Positions 31,384 to 39,859 of a stretch of DNA of 64,000 nt are shown piece by piece (position 1 is the stretch's first letter; each line of letters starts with the position of its first letter). The position numbers and the translations under genes were made by a program. The notes below the pieces were generated by a model, which had not been told where the DNA came from, did no database searches, and worked only from the letters and a program-made list of their open reading frames with translations. The DNA is from Bacilli bacterium (GTDB lineage Bacteria > Bacillota_I > Bacilli_A > RF39 > UBA660), in the NCBI GenBank assembly GCA_017441065.1, contig JAFSAI010000024.1, forward strand, positions 1,142-65,141. Reading direction: 5' to 3'.

Positions 31384-32580
31384 ATGGCTAAAAAGGTGGT
31401 TATTGATGCTGGCCATGGTGGTAGTGATCCAGGAACTAGTGGCAACGGAATAGTCGAAAAAGATTATACTTTAAAAATTAGTGAATATATGAAAAAGAGA
31501 TTTGATGAGCTTGGAATAGAAAGTAGCTTAACAAGAGATAGTGATGTATCTTTAGATGCTACTGCAAGACCAAAAAGAGCACAAAGTTTTTATGGAACAG
31601 GAAATGATGTAATTTTAGTATCCAATCATATTAATGCTGGTGGCGGTGATGGTGCAGAAATAATCTATGCTCTAAGAAATAGTGATAATTTATCTAGAAG
31701 AATAGCTTCCGAAATAGAAAAAACAGGACAAAATGTAAGAAAATATTATCAACGAAGACTTCCCAGTAATCCTGCAAAAGATTATTATTATATTTTAAGA
31801 GATACTCCAAATAATGAATCTATTATAGTTGAATATGGTTTTGTAGATTCAACTGGTGATGATGTTAGTCAGTTGAAAAACAATTGGGAAGAATTAGCCG
31901 AAGCGGTAGTAAAAGCTATTGCAGAATATATTGGGGTAGATTATACATTTGAAGGTAATGTAAACGAAAACTATTATAAAGTAAAAAGTGGAGATACTTT
32001 ATGGAACATAGCTAGATTAAATGGAGTAACTGTTAATGAATTAAAAGCTGCAAATAATTTAACTAGCAATTCATTGTCAATAGGTCAACTTTTATATATT
32101 CCTAAAAAAGAAACAGAAATTGTTGAGACAAAAATTTATACTGTAAAAAGTGGAGATACTTTATATGGTATTGCGAACAAATATAATTTAACAGTGGATG
32201 AGTTAAAAAAATTAAATAATCTTACATCAAATTCATTATCAATAGGTCAAAAATTGAATGTGTCAAAAGAAGAACAAGAAACAGAAACAACTTATACTGT
32301 TGTTAAAGGAGATACTTTATATGGTATTGCCAATAAATTTGGCATAAATGTTAATAACTTAAAAGATATTAACAATTTAACAAGTAATACTTTATCAATA
32401 GGTCAAGTTTTAAAAATACCTGTAAGTACAGAAGATAAATTAACCTATACCGTAAAAAAGGGAGATACTCTATATAGTATTGCAAGAACTTATAATACAG
32501 ATGTTAATACAATAAAAAAGTTGAATAATTTAACTAGCAATTCATTATCAATAGGACAAACGTTAATATTGCCAAATTAA
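31384..32580 (+). CDS. N-acetylmuramoyl-L-alanine amidase (Amidase_3) with four C-terminal LysM domains
   Basis: The Amidase_3 domain shows VVIDAGHGGSDPG...NHINAGG...E. Four YxVKxGDTLxxIA...LSIGQxL modules follow. Confidence 0.9.
   Translation: MAKKVVIDAGHGGSDPGTSGNGIVEKDYTLKISEYMKKRFDELGIESSLTRDSDVSLDATARPKRAQSFYGTGNDVILVSNHINAGGGDGAEIIYALRNSDNLSRRIASEIEKTGQNVRKYYQRRLPSNPAKDYYYILRDTPNNESIIVEYGFVDSTGDDVSQLKNNWEELAEAVVKAIAEYIGVDYTFEGNVNENYYKVKSGDTLWNIARLNGVTVNELKAANNLTSNSLSIGQLLYIPKKETEIVETKIYTVKSGDTLYGIANKYNLTVDELKKLNNLTSNSLSIGQKLNVSKEEQETETTYTVVKGDTLYGIANKFGINVNNLKDINNLTSNTLSIGQVLKIPVSTEDKLTYTVKKGDTLYSIARTYNTDVNTIKKLNNLTSNSLSIGQTLILPN
31972..32577 (+). repeat. Four tandem LysM-coding repeat units inside the amidase gene
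   Basis: Recurring DNA blocks GGAGATACTTTATATGGTATTGC and AATAATTTAACTAGCAATTCATT(G/A)TCAATAGG(T/A)CAA, at roughly 150-nt spacing. Confidence 0.85.
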
Positions 32581-32632
32581 GTCTATATCATAGACTTTTT
32601 CTTTTTGGTTAAAATACATAACAGGTGATATT

Positions 32633-33091
32633 GTGAATAAAATAATAAATATTGACATATTAAAAGAAGAGTTTATTTTAGAAAAGTATAATACAAAAAA
32701 AGTAAATAAAAATATAATTGAATATCTTATAAAAGAAGCAAGATTTATTGCAGGTTATAAAGAAATAAAGATTATTATTAATAATAAGTGTGAATCTAAT
32801 ATAAATATTAAGGAAAAAATAATTGAAGGATTAAAAGAAGAGTATAATATTGTTTCTAAAATCTTTTATCAAAATAATATAATTCAAATTGTTATGATTT
32901 TTTTAGGAATTGGAATATTATTTTTATCAACATTAATAAAAAATAATTTAATTTGGAAAGAAGTTATTATTATAATTGGTTGGGTACCAATTTGGAAAAC
33001 TGTTGACTTTGAACTAGGAAAAGATTTTAAAGGCAGAAAAAGAAAGAAAATAATAAAAAGATTATTAAAAAGTGAATTTATTGAAAATTAA
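32633..33091 (+). CDS. Hypothetical 2-TM membrane protein (paralogue-like of 34270-34836)
   Basis: 152 aa with a soluble N-domain followed by a TM hairpin containing GWVPIWKTVDFEL. Confidence 0.55.
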   Translation: MNKIINIDILKEEFILEKYNTKKVNKNIIEYLIKEARFIAGYKEIKIIINNKCESNINIKEKIIEGLKEEYNIVSKIFYQNNIIQIVMIFLGIGILFLSTLIKNNLIWKEVIIIIGWVPIWKTVDFELGKDFKGRKRKKIIKRLLKSEFIEN

Positions 33092-33129
33092 AAGCCGTTA
33101 TTTTTAACGACTTTTATCTTAATAGATTT

Positions 33130-33885
33130 TTATATTCTATTTCTATTATATTCCATTGCTTCAATAGGGAAATCATCTTGGACATTCAGTAATGTTCCGT
33201 CTAACTTTTGCTTATACATAGCGTTTGCAAATAATCTTATAGTATTTACAATTCTATCGGCATCTATCCTAGTTATTCCATATTTAGAACATTCTTCATC
33301 AGAAATTTTTACAGCTTTTAAATGAAATTCATAAAAGATGTCTGCTAAATCATAGCCATCTTTAATCTTTTCGTCTACAAAAGGATGATATCTAAGTTCT
33401 GGAATAATATCGGGATTATTCATATCAACATTTTTTTCGCTTTGATATTTTATAAATGTAGAAGAAGAGTGAACTTTATCAATCATATGTACAGTTTTAG
33501 CTTCTATATCAGCTCTACTTTCATAATTATTTAGTATTGTTTTAAAATCTAAAATATCGCCAAAGTTTTTAATTAAATATTCAATTGCTAAATTAGTAAC
33601 TCGTTTTATTTCTTCTTCTGATACACCTTCAAATTTTGTTATATCACCAGTAATTGCTTCTGGTAGATCATGACACAATATATAATCAACAACTTTATTG
33701 TAATCTAATATTTTAGGGAGTTTATCTTGCAAAATTCTAAATATAAGTAATAAATCTAGAATATGATTCTTGATATCTTCAATTCTTTTTCTTTCAATAT
33801 GCCAAAGTAATGGTCCGGTTCTTTCTGTATCTCCTAAAAGATCAAAAATCATAAATAATTTTACTTGTTTATCAAATGATTCCAT
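33130..33885 (-). CDS. HD-domain phosphohydrolase (YfbR-like 5'-deoxynucleotidase family, tentative)
   Basis: HD motif ILCHDLPEAITGDI and a downstream HMIDK. Confidence 0.7.
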   Translation of the reverse strand: MESFDKQVKLFMIFDLLGDTERTGPLLWHIERKRIEDIKNHILDLLLIFRILQDKLPKILDYNKVVDYILCHDLPEAITGDITKFEGVSEEEIKRVTNLAIEYLIKNFGDILDFKTILNNYESRADIEAKTVHMIDKVHSSSTFIKYQSEKNVDMNNPDIIPELRYHPFVDEKIKDGYDLADIFYEFHLKAVKISDEECSKYGITRIDADRIVNTIRLFANAMYKQKLDGTLLNVQDDFPIEAMEYNRNRI

Positions 33886-33887
33886 TA

Positions 33888-34220
33888 TTATCTTCCTTCT
33901 TTACGAGAGTTACTTTGATTCATAATTTCAATAACTTGAGAAAGTCCTTCTGGATCATTTTTCAAAAATCTTATTACATCAAATGGCAAACTATTTGTAG
34001 ATTTTGCTACAGCATCATACATCGTTCTTTTGCCGTTCTCATCTAAATTATAAAAAGTAATTAATGATTCAACCAATTTTTCATTTGGTGTTCTATTACC
34101 ATTTTCTAAATCATGTAAATATGGCGCTGACAAACCAATTGCATCTCCTAAAGCTCTAAGTGTTACATTGTTATTGGCTCTTAAAGTTTTAAATAAAATT
34201 GTAAATTCAGTAGTTTTCAA
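33888..34220 (-). CDS. XRE-family HTH regulator
   Basis: HTH NVTLRALGDAIGLSAPYLHDLENGNRTP. A TTG start 7 nt after AGGGAGG is preferred over the track ATG at 34304, which would overlap the upstream gene. Confidence 0.7.
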   Translation of the reverse strand: MKTTEFTILFKTLRANNNVTLRALGDAIGLSAPYLHDLENGNRTPNEKLVESLITFYNLDENGKRTMYDAVAKSTNSLPFDVIRFLKNDPEGLSQVIEIMNQSNSRKEGR

Positions 34221-34269
34221 AAGTATTCCTCCCTTTAGTAAATATATTTTAACATATTTTAAAAAAATA

Positions 34270-34836
34270 TTATTTATCAAATACAAAAGTAATTTCGGAA
34301 TCATATAATTGTTGATAATTAAGTCTTTTCCATTTTAAGTCACTTTTATCAATAGTTTGAAGTTCTACCATTTCCCATATGGCTACCCACCAAACTACAC
34401 ATATAAAATTAGAAATTACAGCTCCAATATATTTTTCAGTTAATAAATTAATAACTAATATTATCATTCCTATTAATCCATATATTAAAGATTTTTTATT
34501 TATTTTAGAAATGTCATAATCAGCATCATCTATATCCATTCCATAATTATTCTTTATAGCTTTAATCATTTTATTTTTTTCTTCTTCATTTACTTTTGGT
34601 GAGTGAATTTCGATAATTATGTCCATATTCATTGGAATCATATATGCAATTTCTTCAATATACTTGCATACATCATCAGATAACTCAAATTTTTTATAGT
34701 CGTGTTTCATAAATAAATCATCGATGTTTTCAAGTTCAACAGGAATTACAGCTTTTCCATTTACTACATAATTTTTATTAATATAATTTTCTTCATTATA
34801 TTTAATTTTTCTGTTTTTTCTTTTGATTTTTTTCAT
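34270..34836 (-). CDS. Hypothetical 2-TM membrane protein
   Basis: 188 aa with RBS GAGGAG. The TM hairpin contains VWWVAIWEMVELQ, similar to 32633-33091. Confidence 0.55.
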   Translation of the reverse strand: MKKIKRKNRKIKYNEENYINKNYVVNGKAVIPVELENIDDLFMKHDYKKFELSDDVCKYIEEIAYMIPMNMDIIIEIHSPKVNEEEKNKMIKAIKNNYGMDIDDADYDISKINKKSLIYGLIGMIILVINLLTEKYIGAVISNFICVVWWVAIWEMVELQTIDKSDLKWKRLNYQQLYDSEITFVFDK

Positions 34837-34920
34837 AAGTTCTCCTCTAATTATTATAACACATAAAAAAGGTGATTTTTTCTATTTTTGTGATAGAATA
34901 GTTGGAAGGAGTGGTTCAAT

Positions 34921-35421
34921 GTGTTGCCATCAGAAAAACTTAGGTTATTAATTTCAAAATTATATGGCATTGATTTAGAAAAATATGCTTGGCCAGAAGA
35001 ATTAAGAAATGTAATATTTTCTCTAGAACTTGATAAGACTTTAGAAACTAATGCAACTTACTTAGGTGAAATTTATCAATATGGTTTTAATATTGGCCAT
35101 TGTGGTTTAACTTCTAGATATCTAGTTAGAGGTATAAAAGGTGCCAAACTCCATTATGGTATTTCTGATATTTTGAAAGGTACCAAAGCATCTTTGAATG
35201 GCAATCATGCATGGACAATTATTAACAATGTTTTAGTAGATACAACTTTAATGATTTGCATACCTATTGATAAGATGGCTGAATTAGGTTATGTAACAGA
35301 GCGAATTATATCTGATGATAGTGCTAAAATGTTATCTGAGTATGACCTATACGATAATGATTTTAGTGAAATGAAAATTAATCAAAATTTCCAAGAAGAA
35401 TTATTACGAATAAATAGATAA
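34921..35421 (+). CDS. Hypothetical protein with a transglutaminase-like Cys-His-Asp pattern (tentative)
   Basis: GHCGLTS ... NHAWTII ... LVDTT matches the order and spacing of the C/H/D triad in transglutaminase-like cysteine peptidases. Confidence 0.45.
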   Translation: MLPSEKLRLLISKLYGIDLEKYAWPEELRNVIFSLELDKTLETNATYLGEIYQYGFNIGHCGLTSRYLVRGIKGAKLHYGISDILKGTKASLNGNHAWTIINNVLVDTTLMICIPIDKMAELGYVTERIISDDSAKMLSEYDLYDNDFSEMKINQNFQEELLRINR

Positions 35422-35530
35422 TTTGTTTTTTAGAATAACGACTTTGTTATTATATTATCCTTTCATATATTATAGCAAGGAGGCGATTATATAAATAATT
35501 ATAGAAAAGCACAGCAAAGAATTAAAGAAT

Positions 35531-35704
35531 ATGCAAGTTGTAGACAAAATTTTTGCTGATTTCTATGCATTAATGCCGCCAGATAATGCTGCAACAGTAG
35601 CTCATGGCACGGATGTGAGTTTCCCAGGTGGAACGCAACCTGTATCAGCTCATCTTATGATACTTCAATTAAGACAGATTATTATTAAACAATTTAGAGT
35701 ATAA
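35531..35704 (+). CDS. Small ORF (57 aa) in a locally GC-richer patch; may be a gene remnant
   Basis: ATG...TAA frame MQVVDKIFADFYALMPPDNAATVAHGTDVSFPGGTQPVSAHLMILQLRQIIIKQFRV. There is no convincing RBS. An AAGGAGG at about 35479 is followed by a different, start-less frame. Confidence 0.2.
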   Translation: MQVVDKIFADFYALMPPDNAATVAHGTDVSFPGGTQPVSAHLMILQLRQIIIKQFRV

Positions 35705-35795
35705 AAAAAAGATTTATCTTTAGAATAAATCGTAAAAATCTCTGGCACGATTTTAAAGGCAATTTCCAATTTCTTGTTTTTTACACCTTTCTTTT

Positions 35796-36248
35796 TTATT
35801 TAATTTTCTTTTTACAATTAATATCTAAATTACAAATTAATCCTTCTTTGATACAGTATGGAACAACTTCATTTTTTAAAGTATTTGACAATAAATTCAT
35901 ATCATCTTCAATTCCAAACCACATAAATTTTTCAATTTCATCAGATGTAGTTATTTCACCTTTTAGTTCTCCATTGTATTTGAATACATAAAAATGAATT
36001 TTTGTAGTTTGATCACTTGTTGCAATTTCTTGAAAGTCCATCACAAATTCAAAGTTATTTTCATCAAATATTGCATTTTCTCCTAATTCTTCATGACATT
36101 CTCTAATAGCTGCTTGTAATGTAGTTTCTCCTTTTTCAACGCTACCACCAATCATTTGAAATGTAGGTCTTTTTCTTGGCTTATCTATCAAAAGTTTCCC
36201 ATCTTTAAAAAACATTGTACCAACTACATTTATTATTTTTTCTTGCAT
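35796..36248 (-). CDS. NUDIX hydrolase
   Basis: Nudix box GGSVEKGETTLQAAIRECHEELGE. RBS AGGAGG. Confidence 0.85.
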   Translation of the reverse strand: MQEKIINVVGTMFFKDGKLLIDKPRKRPTFQMIGGSVEKGETTLQAAIRECHEELGENAIFDENNFEFVMDFQEIATSDQTTKIHFYVFKYNGELKGEITTSDEIEKFMWFGIEDDMNLLSNTLKNEVVPYCIKEGLICNLDINCKKKIK

Positions 36249-36336
36249 GAATATTCCTCCTAAAATTTATTAAAAAACTTGATACTTTAGTACCAAGTTT
36301 CATATTAACGAACGTATTGGTTCGACTAAATCTCAA

Positions 36337-36410
36337 TGGCAGGGGATGAGAGAATCGAACTCCCAACTAAAGTTTTGGAGACTCCTATTATACCATTTAA
36401 CTAATCCCCT
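36337..36410 (-). tRNA. tRNA-Trp (CCA)
   Basis: The reverse complement AGGGGATTAGTTAAATGGTATAATAGGAGTCTCCAAAACTTTAGTTGGGAGTTCGATTCTCTCATCCCCTGCCA folds as a cloverleaf. The anticodon loop is CTCCAAA. Confidence 0.9.
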
Positions 36411-36481
36411 AAATGGACACAAGAAGATTATAGCACAAATATTTTTAAAATACTAGCATAATATAAATATAGGTGGTATAA

Positions 36482-36901
36482 ATGCTTGTTAGTTATAATA
36501 CAAAAGAAAAAGATTTGCTTGCTAGAATTATGAGAGCAGAAGCACTTAATGAAGGCGACTTAGGAATGCTTATGGTAGGTAATGTTGTTGTTAATAGAGT
36601 AGTAGCTGATTGTTACACTTTTAAAGAAGTAGATTCTATAACAGATGCTATATATCAAAAGAATCAATTTTCAGGTACAGAATCATCTTTGTTTTACGGA
36701 GGGGCTACTACAGCAGAAATAAGACTAGCAGAAAGAATACTTAGAGGAGAATATTATTATCCTGCAACACATTCTTTATGGTTTTATGCACCAGGTAATA
36801 TATCTTGTAAAGCAGAGTGGTATAGCCAACCTTTAGCGGGTAAATACAAAAATCATTGCTTTTATAGGCCTGATTCAGGAATTTGCCAAGAATTATATTA
36901 A
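36482..36901 (+). CDS. Cell wall hydrolase, SleB/CwlJ (Hydrolase_2) family
   Basis: LLARIMRAEALNEGDLGMLMVGNVVVNRV...QKNQFS is the signature of spore cortex-lytic hydrolases. Confidence 0.8.
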   Translation: MLVSYNTKEKDLLARIMRAEALNEGDLGMLMVGNVVVNRVVADCYTFKEVDSITDAIYQKNQFSGTESSLFYGGATTAEIRLAERILRGEYYYPATHSLWFYAPGNISCKAEWYSQPLAGKYKNHCFYRPDSGICQELY

Positions 36902-36960
36902 AAATAATTTTTATTTAATAAAGTTTTATGATATAATTTTATACGCAAGGAGTGAGTTAA

Positions 36961-37065
36961 ATGAAAGTTATAAAGAAAAATTTACCTAAAGGTGTTAAAA
37001 AATGTTTTGGAAAAGTTAAAGGCGTAAAAGTTAAATTTGTTGCTAAAGATAAAAAAACAAAATAA
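36961..37065 (+). CDS. Very basic 34-aa small protein (not in the ORF track)
   Basis: RBS AAGGAG 8 nt upstream of the ATG. The peptide is MKVIKKNLPKGVKKCFGKVKGVKVKFVAKDKKTK. A strong terminator hairpin AAAATCACTAT-GGTT-ATAGTGATTTT follows. Confidence 0.4.
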   Translation: MKVIKKNLPKGVKKCFGKVKGVKVKFVAKDKKTK

Positions 37066-37105
37066 TTTTAAACTAAAAATCACTATGGTTATATAGTGAT
37101 TTTTT

Positions 37106-37348
37106 TTATTCAAAGAATTTATCTATTCTTGTATTTAATACAACAGAGATTTTATATAGGGTATCAATTGAACAACCTATATCACCTTGTCTAAATTCTA
37201 ATCTTCTAGTAAAGTCGTAAGATTTACCTATGTCTAGTGCTAATTGTTCTTGCGTTATGCCAGCTGCTAACCTATATTTTTTAATATTCATAGATATCTT
37301 TTTTCTAATATCCGGATCAAACTTAAAGTCTCTTTTAAATGCAGTCAT
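37106..37348 (-). CDS. Small XRE-family HTH regulator (paralogue of 6180-6422)
   Basis: 80 aa with an identical C-terminal 25 residues (IDTLYKISVVLNTRIDKFFE). The DNA has diverged at synonymous sites. Confidence 0.8.
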   Translation of the reverse strand: MTAFKRDFKFDPDIRKKISMNIKKYRLAAGITQEQLALDIGKSYDFTRRLEFRQGDIGCSIDTLYKISVVLNTRIDKFFE

Positions 37349-37481
37349 TTTATCACCACTATAATTGTGTCAATTTAGTTTTATTTTGTCCGGTAACTTT
37401 AAAGTCCTGTGTGCGCATAATAAAATTGAAATATAAACAAATGTATGATATATTTTTTATAGATATTTTAGGGTGTTTATA

Positions 37482-39461
37482 ATGGAAATAAAAAATTTAA
37501 AAGGTGTAGGAGTAACACTAGAGAAAAAATTAAATAATTTAAATATATATACTATCGAAGATTTAATTGAAAATTATCCTTATAGATACAATTTTATAAA
37601 TATAGTTAATATTAATAATGTATTAGATAATGAAAATTGTATGATAAGAGCTACTATAGTAGATAGTGGAAGAGTACAATATATTAAGAAAAATTTTAAT
37701 AGATTAGCATTTAGAGTAGTATCAGAAAATGTAATATTAAATGTTACTATTTTTAATCGTGCTTTTTTAAAACAAAATTTAACTATTGGTAGAGAAATAA
37801 TACTAATTGGTAAATATAACAAAATGAAATCCTCTTTTGTAGCTAGTGATATTAAATTTAATTTAGAAAACAATACAATTGAACCAGTATATCATTTAGT
37901 GGAAGGTATTAAAAATAATCAAATTATTAAACTTATGGATGAAGCGTTAAAATATGATTTAACTTATGATATTATACCTGACGAGTTAGCTAGTAAATAT
38001 AATTTTATTAGTAAAAAAGATGCTATAAAATATATACATAAGCCTGAATCTATGGAAGAAGCAAAAAAAGCTATAGTTAGACTTAAATATGAAGAATTAT
38101 TTAATTTTATGTTTAAAATAAACTATTTAAAGAAAATGAATAATAAAGCTGCAGGTATTAAGAGAAGTGTTAGTGAAGAATCTAAAGATACATTTTTAAA
38201 AGAGTTACCTTTTACTTTAACAAAAGATCAACTAACTGCAGTTAACGATATATATAAAGATTTAACTGATGGATATAGAATGAATAGATTAGTTCTTGGA
38301 GATGTTGGTAGTGGTAAAACTATAGTAGCAACTTATGCGATATATCTAAATTATTTAAGTGGTTATCAAAGCGCATTAATGGCTCCTACTGAAATACTTG
38401 CTGAACAACATTATAAAAGTATTAGTAAAACTTTAGAAAAATTTAATATTAAAACTGGTCTTCTTACTGGTTCAATGAAAAAAAGAGAAAAAGATAAAGT
38501 ATTAGAAGAATTAAAAAATGGAGACATAAATTTAATTATAGGTACTCATGCTTTAATTAGTGATGGAGTAGACTTTAAAAATTTAGGACTAGTTGTAACG
38601 GATGAACAACATAGATTTGGGGTAGGTCAAAGAAATACTTTAAGAGATAAAGGTATAACTCCAGATGTCCTATATTTATCTGCAACACCAATACCAAGAA
38701 CTTATGCTTTAACTATTTATGGTGATTTGGATATATCAATAATTAAAACAAAACCAAATGGTAGAAAAGAAATAATTACTAAAGTAGAGACTGAAAGTAA
38801 TATCAAAGATGTGTTATATAAAATGTTAGAAGAGTTAAAAAATAATCATCAAATATATGTAGTATCGCCATTAATTGAAAATAATGAAGAATTAGATTTA
38901 AAAAGTGTATTTGATTTAAAAGAAAAATTAGATATGGCTTTTCAAAACAAAGTATCTATTGGTGTACTTCATGGTAAGCTAAAACAAAATGAAAAAGATG
39001 AAATAATGGAAAATTTTAAAAATGGTAATATCAAAATACTTATTTCTACAACTGTAATTGAAGTAGGTATAGATGTACCAAATTCAACAATGATGGTTAT
39101 TTATAATGCCGAAAGATTCGGTCTAGCTACACTTCATCAGCTTCGTGGAAGAGTTGGTAGAAACGATTTACAGAGTTATTGTTATCTAATCAGTAATAAA
39201 GAAATAGATAGATTAAAAGTACTTGAAGAAAGTAATGACGGTTTTTATATTAGTGAAAAAGATTTTCAAATGAGAGGATCTGGTGATTTATTTGGTGTTA
39301 AACAAAGTGGAGATATTCCATTTAAAATAGCTAGTTTAAAAGATGATTATCAAATACTTTTACAAGCTAAATTAGACTCATTAGAATACATAGAAAAAGA
39401 ATTATATTTAAATAATTCTTATTATAAAGATTTAATAGAAGGTATTAGTTTTATTAATTAA
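37482..39461 (+). CDS. recG: ATP-dependent DNA helicase RecG
   Basis: Wedge/OB N-domain, Walker A GDVGSGKT, DEQHRFG, SATPIPRT and QLRGRVGR. Confidence 0.92.
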   Translation: MEIKNLKGVGVTLEKKLNNLNIYTIEDLIENYPYRYNFINIVNINNVLDNENCMIRATIVDSGRVQYIKKNFNRLAFRVVSENVILNVTIFNRAFLKQNLTIGREIILIGKYNKMKSSFVASDIKFNLENNTIEPVYHLVEGIKNNQIIKLMDEALKYDLTYDIIPDELASKYNFISKKDAIKYIHKPESMEEAKKAIVRLKYEELFNFMFKINYLKKMNNKAAGIKRSVSEESKDTFLKELPFTLTKDQLTAVNDIYKDLTDGYRMNRLVLGDVGSGKTIVATYAIYLNYLSGYQSALMAPTEILAEQHYKSISKTLEKFNIKTGLLTGSMKKREKDKVLEELKNGDINLIIGTHALISDGVDFKNLGLVVTDEQHRFGVGQRNTLRDKGITPDVLYLSATPIPRTYALTIYGDLDISIIKTKPNGRKEIITKVETESNIKDVLYKMLEELKNNHQIYVVSPLIENNEELDLKSVFDLKEKLDMAFQNKVSIGVLHGKLKQNEKDEIMENFKNGNIKILISTTVIEVGIDVPNSTMMVIYNAERFGLATLHQLRGRVGRNDLQSYCYLISNKEIDRLKVLEESNDGFYISEKDFQMRGSGDLFGVKQSGDIPFKIASLKDDYQILLQAKLDSLEYIEKELYLNNSYYKDLIEGISFIN

Positions 39462-39496
39462 AAATAGCATATAATTTTATATAAAGAAGGATTTAT

Positions 39497-39853
39497 ATGT
39501 TACCAAATGTACCACCAAAATTATTTTCATTTAGTGCAGTAGTAGTTGGTTACATACTAATAGATGATATGACTGCAAATGAACAAAATGCATTAGGAAA
39601 CTGGCTTATGCTTGTAGCACAAGTTTTATCTACTAATGCATTTTATCGTGCCGTAATGCAGGAAAGAGGATTAGAACCAAGAGAATCTACAGAAACTGGT
39701 AGAAATAATTCTTATACGTTTGGCAATGATAACAATAATAACAATTATAATTTTAATCGAAATGAATGTAATGAAACAGTAGAGATGCTTGAGAAAATGG
39801 TTAGAGCTATGCAACAAGAAATATGTGATATAAAGAAAAACATTTCAAAATGA
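39497..39853 (+). CDS. Hypothetical protein
   Basis: 118 aa with a good RBS, a hydrophobic N-terminal segment and an Asn-rich linker. Confidence 0.5.
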   Translation: MLPNVPPKLFSFSAVVVGYILIDDMTANEQNALGNWLMLVAQVLSTNAFYRAVMQERGLEPRESTETGRNNSYTFGNDNNNNNYNFNRNECNETVEMLEKMVRAMQQEICDIKKNISK

Positions 39854-39859
39854 AATGTT

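Noticed and set aside
33888-34304. Track version of the XRE gene, starting at the ATG at 34304 (138 aa).
   Set aside because: The first 28 codons would overlap the end of the upstream gene and are Leu/Ile/Tyr-rich. A TTG preceded by AGGGAGG at ideal spacing gives a 110-aa protein that begins right at the HTH domain.
36337-36410. Mollicutes-type genetic code (UGA = Trp), considered because of the very low GC content.
   Set aside because: tRNA-Trp has anticodon CCA. TGA clearly terminates well-supported genes (for example 293-295 and 52392-52394). All conserved proteins translate full length under code 11.
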